A stretch of DNA of 64,000 nt, taken from the NCBI GenBank assembly GCA_965112735.1, contig OZ218951.1, forward strand, positions 1,054,001 through 1,118,000. The letters run 5' to 3'. The position numbers and the translations under genes are program-made. How positions within the stretch are numbered: position 1 is the first letter of the stretch; each line of letters opens with the position of its first letter. The notes beneath the pieces were generated by a model. It did no database searches. It had not been told where the DNA came from and saw only the letters and a program-made list of their open reading frames with translations. This document shows positions 39,301 to 49,307 of this stretch, piece by piece. Origin of the DNA: Phaeosaccion multiseriatum (taxonomy: Eukaryota; Protista; Ochrophyta, other classes).

Positions 39301-42300
39301 GAAGAGCGAGGAGCAGAAAGCGGAAGCTGCTGCGGCAGAGGCAAGGGAGTTGCAGGCACAGAAAGGCAAGGCTGCCGAGGCCGCAGAGCTGGAGGAGGAG
39401 GAGGAGGAGGAGGAGGAGGAGGAGGTGAAGCAGGAGCCGAAGGAGGAGGAGGTAAAGGAGGAGGAGGAGAAGGAGGAGGAGAAGGCGGAGGCTGCTGCGA
39501 CCAAGGCAAGAGATTTGCAGGCACAGAAGCGCAAGGTTGCCAAGGCCGCAAAGCTGAAGTTGGAGGAGGCGGCAAAGCCTGTGAAAGAGAAGGCGGAAGA
39601 CGCAAAGAAGCAAGCCACTCTGAAGACGGACGAGGAGAAAAAAGTATTGGACACAGCGAAGTTGCGGAAGAAGGCCTCGGCAGCCGAGGCATTAAGGCTG
39701 AAGATGGAGGCTCTGGCGGCACAGCAGACAGCACAGGAGAAGGAGGCATCGGCGAAAGCGGCAAAAGAGAAGGCTAAGCACTTGCAGCGGAAGAAGGACG
39801 CGCCTGCCGAGGCCGCAAAGCGTAAGCTGGAGGAGGCGGCGAAGTTTGTGAAAGAGAAGAAGCAAGAGGCGCAGAGATTGGCAGCAGAAAAGGCCCAGCG
39901 GTTGCAGGAGAAGAGAGAGGCGGACGCAGCAGCCAAGGCCAAGCAGGCAGCGGATCTCAAGCAGAAGAGGGCGGCGGAGGCTGACAAGAAGAGGCAAGCA
40001 GCAGCATCCAGGTCTCCACCTCCAGTCGGCTCCCCCTCGGCCTCTCCTGCTCGTCCTGCTTCTGAGCGCCCGCGCTCTCCATCCCTCGCTGAGATGATCA
40101 CCCGGGCTGTGCCCGTCTTCGGAGCAGCGTCCAAGGATAAATCGTCCGCGTCAAAGAAGGCGTTGGCTGAGGAAGCAGCAGCGAAGAAGGAGGCGAAGGC
40201 TCAAGCAGCGCGGGAGAAGAAGGAGGCTTTGGCTCAAGCGGCAAAGGAGAAGAAGCAGGCCGCAGCAGAGGCTGCACGGACAAAGAAGCAGGCTTTGGAG
40301 GTGGCGGCAAAGCAGAAGGCGGAGGCAGCAGCAGCAAAGGCAAGAGAGGTGCAGGCACAGAAGCGCAAGGCTGCCGAGGCCGCAAAGCTGAAGCTGGAGG
40401 AGGCGGCGAAGCTTGTGAAAGAGAAGAAGCAAGAGGCGAAGAAGAAAGCCGGCCTGAAAATGGAGGAGGAGAGGAAGGCGTTGGAAGCAGCAAAGAAGCA
40501 GAAAGCCGAGACAGCCGCAGCAAAGGCAAGAGAGTTGAAGGCACAGAAGGACGCATCTGCCGAGGCCGGAAGGCTGAGGCTGGAGGAGAAGGCTCAGCAG
40601 TTGCAGGGAAAGAATCAGGCCGAAGCGCAGGGGGTACAGGAGAAGAAGCAGGAGACGTTGGCTCAAGCAGCACAGCAGCAGAAGCAGGCCTTGGAAGCGG
40701 CGACAAAGCAGAAGGTGGAGGCAGTTACAAAGGCGAAGGAATTGCAGGCACAGATGGACGCAGCTGGTGAGGTCGCAGGGGGCAAGGTGGAGGAGGCGGC
40801 GAAGCTTGTGAAAGAGAAGGTGGGAGAAGCAAAGACGCTGGAAGCAGCAGTGAAGGAGAAGGTGGAAGCTGCTGTGACAAAGGCAAATGAATTGAAAGCA
40901 CAGATGGACGCAGCTGGTGAGGTCGCAGGGGGCAAGGTGGAGGAGGCGGCGAAGCTTGTGAAAGAGAAGGCGGGAGAAGCAAAGATGCAAGTCGACCTGA
41001 CGATGGAGGAGGAGAAGAAGACGCTGGAAGCAGCAGTGAAGGAGAAGGCGGAAGCTGCTGCGACAAAGGCAGAGGAAGTGCAAGCACAGATGGGCGCAGC
41101 TGGTGAGGTCGCAGGGGGCAAGGTACAGGAGGCGGCGAAGCTTGTGAAAGAGAAGGCGGGAGAAGCAAAGACGCAAGTCGGCCTGAGGATGGAGGAGGAG
41201 AAGAAGACGCTGGAAGCAGCAGTGAAGGAGAAGGCGGAAGCTGCTGCGACAAAGGCAGAGGAAGTGCAAGCACAGATGGACACAGCTGGCGACGTCGCAG
41301 GGGGCAAGGTGCAGGAGGCGGCGAAGCTTGTGAAAGAGAAGGCGGGAGAAGCAAAGACGCAAGTCGGCCTGAGGATGGAGGAGGAGAAGAAGACGCTGGA
41401 AGCAGCAGTGAAGGAGAAGGCGGAAGCTGCTACGACAAAGGCAGAGGAAGTGCAAGCACAGATGGATGCAGCTGGCGACGTCGCAGGGGGCAAGGTGGAG
41501 GAGGCGGCGAAGCTTGGGGTGAAAGAGGAGAAGCAAGAGGCGGAGAAGGAGAAGGAGGAGGTGGAGGAGGAGAAGATCTCACCCCCACCAGCACCAACAG
41601 CATCAGAGCCTGTGGGACAGGTGCCACCGATGCCACCTAGGCGTGCGTCACCAGCATCACAGCCAGTGGGAGTGAGCGGGGTCTCACCACCGCCAGCACC
41701 AGCAGCATCACATGCATCGCAGCCTGTGAGAGCGAAGCGGGCCCCACCTCGGCCAGCATCAGTAGCTTCGCATGCGTCACAGCCTGTAACACTTGTCTCA
41801 CCACGATCCGCCCCAGTAGCATCGCCAGCATCACCGCCTGTAAGAGGGGGCTCACCACCACCACCACCACCACCAGGAGCACCAGCTTCAGCACCAGCAC
41901 CACAAGGAGCAGAGCCTGCGGGAGCTGTCCCACCACAACCAGCATCAAAGGCTGTGAAAGAGACATCATCACCACCACCACCACCACCAACAGCACGATC
42001 AGCAACAAGAGAGTCGCAGGTACCTCTACCCATAGCAAGTCTTGACGTCGGCCTTGCCTTCCTTGATGCACTTGGTGAGGCTTTGGTGGAGAAGGCTTTA
42101 GACGACGAGCGAGTGCGTCTTGAAGCTGCTGCGGTAGAGGAGGGGGGCGAGGGAGGGGAGGTAGAAAATGGACTTGTGTTTGTGAGGCGCAAGAACAAGT
42201 TGTCCGACATGACCTATAGCAGCAAGACAGGATCAGCAGAGCTACTACGCCTTCGCTTACTATCGGAGCAGCGGAAGAAGCGACGTGGAGGAGGAAAAGG

Positions 42301-42337
42301 AGAGCGGGAGAGGAAGGAAGTAGACCACCGTATGTAA
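33388..42337 (+). CDS. Gene B: giant plastid-targeted disordered repeat protein with E/K-rich helical rod and 11-mer amphipathic repeats (~2790 aa); paralog of genes A and C
   Basis: Exons 33388-33462 (MKRRRIRKLALGIAAIEIFLAHQPQ), 33824-33916 (SEAFRPLS...) and 34127-42337, all phase 0 GT-AG. Motifs KPKYYPSFG, DPSAPGVVPPRRxGYPxFGDFS and PAFGDF. Confidence 0.85.
34915..35995 (+). repeat. Coding repeat in gene B, ~75-80 aa (QGEEWNGGMADARGG..NVYANDQWQGGGG.EQQPIVYQSFQGADSNGG)
   Basis: Six QGE(E/V)W units and four IVYQ(P/S)FQG units, with near-identical DNA. Confidence 0.9.
40700..41520 (+). repeat. 186-bp/62-aa coding repeat in gene B with internal 11-residue periodicity
   Basis: 'ggagaaggcggaagctgct' occurs at 41041, 41227 and 41413 (period 186). 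Unit: KVQEAAKLVKE/KAGEAKTQVGL/RMEEEKKTLEA/AVKEKAEAAAT/KAEEVQAQMDT/AGDVAGG. Confidence 0.9.
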
Positions 42338-43253
42338 GAGAGAGCGGGAGAGAGCAGGGGAGGGGGAGGGGGGGGGGTAGAGCTTAAGCCCGGCAGCTAC
42401 AATGTCAGCGAGAGAGAAGGTTCACACCTAAACCCGCTGCTCCAATGCCTTTCGTCTTTGCTAGAGGAGACTGAGTGGACGCTTGCATGCAGAGCAAGCG
42501 AGAGCAGAGAAAGGTTGCGTGTGACGTTATTATTACCCGGAAAATTTTGTACAGTCAAGTAAGTTTTAAGAGAAATGTTGTTTGTGGCATCTGCTCTTTG
42601 AGGGGAAAGCTCTGGCGGCTGCCCGACGGTCGCGTGACCCGGAAACGATCCACGATTGTCTTCGGGTGGCAGACGTGCGACTTGACCTTTCGGCAAGGAG
42701 AGGGGGCCCTACCGCCGCAGGAGAGGGGGTTTCTACTCCGATGCCATGCTCAAGGTGGCCGTGGGCATGCGCGCAGACCGCTCCTACGAGGCGCAGCCAG
42801 CGAAGCCGCTCCTACGAGGCGCAGCCAGCGAAGCCAGCGGAGCCAGGCACTCATTGAAAGGCGGAGGAAAGCTTAGGAGGAGTGGGGAAAGTGGAAGACC
42901 GTGGTGGTGAGCGTCGGGCAGCAAATGGCACTCGAGCGCCAGCCATGGACAGACCGAGAGCGACGGGGCAGAACGCTGAGCCAGAGAGGGTGGTTAGCCG
43001 ACGAATGGAGCGGAACCACGGTGTACAACTGTGCAATCGTAGCACACTGGCACTCACGCATGCACACGCACGCACGCGCAGTGGCTGGCGCTCGCCCCAT
43101 GCATGTATGCTTTGGGGAAAGCGTAGAGGGTGCGAGGGTGCCTTGGGAAGTAAAAGGTTTTCGGAAGGTGCAGCCTCGAAGCAAGTAAAGGCCAATGGAA
43201 GGGAAGGGGGAAAGAAGGTCTCGAAAGGCCGAAGGAGCGTGGCCAGAGTTTAA

Positions 43254-43397
43254 TCGACCCCTGACGCGCTATCGCCCACATTCTCGATAGCGCGCTATCG
43301 GGCCCGGGGGGGCGGATAGCGCGCTATCGGCCGCTAGCGGATAGCGGATCGGCTGGCGCCGGCGATAGCGGATAGCGGATAGTGCGTCAGGGGTCGA
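43254..43397. mobile_element. 144-bp MITE-like inverted-repeat element
   Basis: Perfect 14-bp terminal inverted repeats TCGACCCCTGACGC (43254-43267) and GCGTCAGGGGTCGA (43384-43397), extending to 20 bp with one mismatch. The interior is packed with GATAGC/GCTATC motifs. No clear TSD unless TCGA itself is the TSD. Confidence 0.55.
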
Positions 43398-43488
43398 ATC
43401 AAGGTGCATATCTTACGTAATTCTCAAAGAACTGAAACTGGAAATCGCTGTCAACTCAGCGCAATATTGGCAAAAGGAAGGAGAGAAA

Positions 43489-46400
43489 ATGGAGAGTAGA
43501 CGGGCCATTAGGCTCAAGCTTGGCCTTGCCGCCATCGGGCTGTTCCTGGCACACCAGCAACAAGAGGTTGGTGGGGGTTGTGTTGTTCCTACTGGCTGAT
43601 CCTGCCGCCGCCCATGTTGTGCTTGCTTTTACCCTTCCAGCCACAATCTCCTTCTACTTATCAATACATTCGCTGCTGGTACTGCTTTCTGCGCTTACTG
43701 CTGCTTCTGTCAGCGCTTGTGAATCCCAGCAGTTTCTTTTGATGAATGGGACGTAACGAAGGATTAGCACTTCATGATTCCTGGCTGCCAGCATACAAGA
43801 AAGATCATTTTCTTGTTACGGCCGCATTGCGGCTGCCCTTCGCACCGCATCTTTTCTCACACCCTCTCATCCTGCTACTCGCTCTTCTATCCATGTAATC
43901 GTGCGCCGCAGACGAAGGCTTTCACTTTTGGGGGAGGCGGCGTCCATCAGACACGTGGTGGGTTGGCTTCGCAGCAGAGACAGGTGGGTAGGTTGGCTCT
44001 CCTCGTGTAGCAGGCGGACATCGCCGTTGCTACACGCGCACGAGAGTGTTTTTCAGTGGAGGGCAAGTCTGCACATCGTCGTGAGGAAGAAGAAACGGGG
44101 ACCTATAAAGCCTTGTCCTCTTGCGCACCTGTACAGCAACTGTACACAGAACGCCTCTCCTTCTGCACCTCCTCCTCCTCGGATCTTGTTTCGTCCCTTC
44201 AACCTGTACTACAACTGTACACAGAGCGCGGCCCTCTTTCTGCACCTCCTTGTCGGATCTTGTTTCTCGGAGGCCTTCCCCCTCCGACTCACTTCACTCA
44301 CCCACTTGCACTTTCTTGTTGGCACTCTTGCCCCCTTCGCCCTCCCCCGCCCCCCCCCCTCTCTCTCTCTTCTCTCTCCCTCCCTCTCCGTCTCTGTGTT
44401 TCTGTGTCTTAACCTCATTCAGCGCGGCCGTGGGCCAAGCAAGAAGGGTGTACGAGCGTCCAATGGCGCGGGGGGGGGTGGCGACAAGACAGGAAAAGCG
44501 TCGCAAAACGACGCTGACGAAGAGAGCGGAGATGCTGGGGCAGGGGCAGAGGCGGAGGGGGGGCGACAGCGAAAGCCCAAGCCGCCCCCCTCGTTCTTTG
44601 GAGACCTAGTTGGTGGCCCGGCCGGAGGACTGAGCGCTGAAGGGATGACAGTGTGGGCTCCTCAAGGGAGATCCCCGCCAGCACAAGCACCAGGGCAACG
44701 ACCAGCACCGACACCTGTGCCCGCTGCTAACAACGCTCCTGCACCTGCACAAGGAGGGGGAGGGCCAGCTCCGCAGCAGCAGAGGCCAAACGTGTATCCT
44801 TCCTTCGGTGGAGCACCCACCAGCAGCAGCGTCATACGCACAGGGGAAGGAGAGGAGGGCGTAAGGGCTGCGGGAGGGCGCGTCTACCCCGCTTTTGGTG
44901 ACTTCAGCAGTAGCACGGGAGCCGCATCCCCTATCGGACGAGCACCCCCACGAGGGCCACCAGCGGCGAGACCAGCATCCGCACCAATTGATGCTACACC
45001 CGTTGTGGCTACACCGGTTGTGGCTACACCCGTTGCTGCTACCCCCGTGGCTGCTACACCCCCTGCTACTTTCAAGCTGTCTCCGCCGCCCAAGAAGGGT
45101 GCTGCTGGTGCTGCTACCCCAGCGTCACAAGCGCAGAAGGCAAGTGGAGCGCCGGAGGCTCAGAAACCCAAGTATTACCCAAGCTTTGGAGGATCGCCCA
45201 AGCCAAAGCCTGCAGCAGCCGGAATGTCATCACCAGTGTCAGCCCCAGTGTCGCCGCCAGCCTCGCCGCAGAAGGCTTCTGCCGTCCCCGCGTCTCAAGC
45301 TCAGCAAGCGAGTCAAGGAGCTGCTGCTACGACAGGGGGAGGAGGAGGGGCAGCTCAGGAGAAGCCCAAAATCTACCCAAGCTTCGGAGGATCCCCCAAG
45401 CCAAAGCAGCCTGCAACAGCTGCATCGTCACCGGGAGCAGCCGCAGCGCCGGTGACACCGGCAGCTTCGCCAAAGGCTGCTGCCGTCCCCGCGCCTCCAA
45501 CCGGTGGCACTGCAACTGCGAAAGAGGGAAGCGGAGAGCAGAAGCCCAAAATCTACCCTTCTTTTGGAGGGGCCCCAAAGCCGAAGCCAGCAACAGCCGC
45601 AGCACCAGCGACACCGGCAGCATCGCCAACGAAGGCTGCTGCTGTCCCCGTGCCGCAAGCACAGCAAGCGAGTGGAGGTGGTACGGCTGCGAGAGGAGGA
45701 GGGAGTGGGGAGCAGAAGCCGAAGGTCTACCCAAGCTTCGGCGCGTCCCCCAAGCCACAGCCTGCAGCAGCCGGAATGTCATCACCAGTGTCAGCCCCCG
45801 TGTCGCCGCCAGCCTCGCAGCAGAAGGCTTCTGCCGTCCCCGCGTCTCAAGCTCAGCAAGCGAGTCAAGGAGCTGCTACTACGACAGGGGGAGGAGGAGG
45901 GAGTGGGGAGCAGAAGCCAAAGGTCTATCCAAGCTTCGGCGCATCCCCCAAGCCAAAGCCTGCAAGTGGCGGATCACCACAGACAGCCAAGGCCGGTGCA
46001 GAGGGCGCCAAGGCCAAGGGGAAAGATGCTAGTGTAGCGGATGACAAGAAGAAGGCGGAGGAGGAGGAGAAGAAGAAGGAAGTGGAGATGAAGAAAGTGG
46101 AGGAGGAGGAGAAGAAGATGAAGAAGGCGGAGGAAGAAGAGAAGAAGAAAAAGGAGGAGATGAGGAAGGCGGAGGAGGAGAAGAAGAAGGAGGAGAAGAA
46201 GAAGGAGGAAGAAGAGAAGAAGAAGAAGGAGGAGGAAGAGAAGAAGAAGGAGGAGGAGATAAAGAAGAAGGAGGAGGAAGAGAAGAAGGCGGAGATGAAG
46301 AAGAAGGAGGAGGAAGAGAAGAAGAAGGCGGAGATGAAGAAGGAGGAGATGAAGAAGAAGGAGGAGGAGAAGAAGGCCGAGGAAGAGATTAAAAAGGCTG

Positions 46401-49307
46401 AGGAGGAGTTGAAGAAGGCTGAGGAGGAGATGAAGAAAGCTGAGGAGGAGATGAAGAAGGCTGAGGAGGAGATGAAGAAGAAGGCTGAGGAGGAGAAGAA
46501 GGCGGAGGAAGAGATGAAGAAGGCCGAGGAGAAGGAGAAGAAGGCGAAGGAGGCCGAGGAGAAGAAGCAGAAGGAGGCGGAAGAGAAAAAGCAGAAGGAG
46601 GAGGCAGAGAAAAAGCAGAAGAAGGAGGCTGAGAAGAAACAGAAGGAGGAGGCAGAGAAGAAGCAGAAGGAGGAGGCAGAGAAGAAACAGAAGGAGGAGG
46701 CGGAGAAGAAGCAGAAGGAGGAGGCAGAGAAGAAACAGAAGGAGGAGGCGGAGAAGAAACAGAAGGAGGAGGCAGAGAAGAAGCAGAAGGAGGAGGCAGA
46801 GAAGAAACAGAAGGAGGAGGCGGAGAAGAAACAGAAGGAGGAGGCAGAGAAAAAGCAGAAGGAGGAGGCGGAGAAGAAACAGAAGGAGGAGGCAGAGAAG
46901 AAACAGAAGGAGGAGGAGGAAAAGAAGAAGGAGCAGGCGAAGAAGGCGGCGGAGGAGATGAAGCAGAAGGAGGAGGCAGAGAAGAAACAGAAGGAGGAGG
47001 CGGAGAAGAAACAGAAGGAGGAGGCAGAGAAGAAACAGAAGGAGGAAGCGGAGAAGAAGCAGAAGGAGGAGGCAGAGAAGAAACAGAAGGAGGCGGAGGA
47101 AAAGAAGAAGGAGCAGGCGAAGAAGGCGGCGGAGGAGATGAAGAAGAAGGAGGAGGAAAAGAAGCAAAAGGAGGAAGAGGAGAGATTGGAAAGGGAGGCG
47201 GAGGAGGAGAGGAAGCAGAAGGAGAAGGAGAAGAATGAAAAGGTTAAGCAGGGCATGACCGAAGCGGCTGGATCGACCCCAATAGAAGCAGGCCTCAGCA
47301 ATAGAGTACGGGCGGAGTCAGAGAACATCAGCGTACGCAGCCAACGCATGTCCTCCCTCTCTGGCTCTCTGCAGCAGGCCATGGCCCGCAAGGCGGAGGT
47401 TAGTGACTTACTCTTGTCCGAGATGAACGGCCTCCGCGAGAAGCTGTTTGACGATGTGGAGGCGGAGAGGACGAGGGTGGTGGAGGTCTCCGAGCTGTTG
47501 CGCGACTTTGACGCTGCTGTGGCGGAGAAGAAGGCCTTTATTGAGGAGGAGAAGGTCCTCCTCGCGCAGATGGAGGCCGTCAAAGTGCAGGTGAGTTGGA
47601 GTTTTAAGAAGGATCGATTTCTTCAATGTCCATGTTCGATAACCGCGATTCTTGATTGGTGTCCTGGGGAATATATGGTACAGATACGGGGTCGTGTCTA
47701 GGGGGTCTATCAATGCAGTAACCAACAACCTGAAACCTGAAACCCACAACTGCTGACACGCAGGTGAAGGAGGCTAGCATCCGTGAGCAGCTCGTCTCGG
47801 CCATGAACAAGAAGGCGGACCTGGCATCCATCGAAGTAATCCTGCTGGAGGACATGGAGGACTGCAGAGGACAGTTGGTGGATGAGCTTGAGAGCACTCG
47901 GTGGCGAGTCAGCAGGATTGAAGAGACCATTGGCCGACTCCCTGACATCGGGGAGGAGGGAGAGGGGGGTAAGGGGAAGACTGGTCTGACCAAGGAGGGG
48001 GTGACGATGGAGAACTACAACTGGGACGACGTCGCCAACCTGCAGGCTACGCTCATGGGCAGCATGGAGTCCATGATGGCATCCGACGAGAAGGTGGCGG
48101 GGCTGCGTATCAAGTTTGAGGACGCCCTGCGGCAGAAGATGGAGGTGTTGGGTGAGATTGAAACGGTGGAAGTGGATGAGGTAATCTTGGGCAATCTGAG
48201 TCTCGACACCGCCAAGACGATGGACAACAAGGCGCTCCTCACGGAGGCGGGCAAGTCAGGGGCAGCAGCGGCAACTTCTCTGAGCAAGGTGTTGACCATT
48301 GGCGGCTCTTCGCTCGGCAACTACGTCAAGTCTCCCGGCGCGCAGAGCCTTGCGTCAGGTGTGGTGGACATTGTAGGCAATGCACGAGGGTACTTCAAGG
48401 CCCTTGGAAAGACTTGGAGGGCGGCGGGTGAGGAGTGGGACAAGGCTGGAAAGCCGACGACCTCGGTCAGCGACAGTAGCAGCAGCAAGAGCAGCGTTGT
48501 CAAAGAAGAGAGCTTCGATCAGCTTATTAAGAACACTGCCGATCGCATAAGGAAGGTTCGGGAGAGCAAGAAGGTTCAAGAGAGCTTGGAGGAGGCCAGC
48601 AAGCGGGCAGCGGGTGTACCCCAAGGATTGGCACAGGTGGGCTCGGAGTCCGCCAAGGCCGTCCAGGGAGCCAGGTGAGGGAGGAAGGGGAGACAGGGAC
48701 GGACGGACGGAGGGAGGGAGGGAGGGAGAGGATGAAGACTGCGTGTTTTGTTGAGTCCTTCCCGCGCCCCCAGAAGTCGTGCTGCCGCCAGCCGGACTCG
48801 ACTCGGAGTGTCCGCCTTTTCATTGCCATTCCCAAGCTACTGCTGTTGGGTTGTCTTGAGTAGCCCCAAATCCTTTGTTGCCTCACGCACACTCGCCTGC
48901 ACCCGCTCCATACACCCACCCACCCACCCACCTACCCACGTACCCACCCTCCTACCTCCTTTCCTCCTTATACACCTACCCACCTCCCTCCCACCCTACC
49001 CTACCATGGCAACCCTTACTCGTGCAGGGGAAACACCGAGCTCTCCCAGGTGCTCTCGGACACAGCCCGAGCCGCCAGCTCGCTCTTTGTCGCGTTCGCC
49101 ACACTCGGCTCCAAGGTTGCCACCGGATCTATTGGAAAAACGAATCTCCTCCCTCCGAGTGGCGACGCGGAGGTGGTGCCGCAGAAGGAGGGCGATCGGA
49201 ACCAGAGGATGAGTGTGGATGATGATGAGGATGACGACGACGAGGAGGAGGAGAAGGAGGAGGACAAGGATATGAAGTTGAAGGATGCGGGGGAGAAGAC
49301 CAAGTAG
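43489..49307 (+). CDS. Gene C: plastid-targeted protein with YPSFG-motif disordered N-half, E/K single-alpha-helix rod and C-terminal coiled-coil region (~1500 aa); paralog of genes A and B
   Basis: Exons 43489-43566 (MESRRAIRLKLGLAAIGLFLAHQQQE), 43912-43983 (TKAFTFGG...), 44423-47590, 47764-48674 and 49028-49307. Splice phases are consistent and join ORFs 43901..47701, 47764..48678 and 49050..49307. Confidence 0.85.
46561..47100 (+). repeat. 24-bp coding repeat (KQKEEAEK)n in gene C
   Basis: About 20 tandem 'gagaagaa(a/g)cagaaggaggaggc(a/g)' units. Confidence 0.92.

Noticed and set aside
42776-42847. Short direct repeat (ccgctcctacgaggcgcagccagcgaag x2)
   Set aside because: A two-copy local duplication in intergenic DNA with no further structure.
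38374-47583. Long minus-strand poly-S/F/L ORFs
   Set aside because: Antisense shadows of the GAG/AAG-rich helical regions of genes B and C.
33388-49307. Calling genes A, B and C nucleoporins, extensins or mucins
   Set aside because: Nucleoporins would not carry a signal+Phe+transit leader. There are no regular SPPPP/YxY extensin blocks or Thr-rich mucin domains. A secreted role remains a minor alternative.
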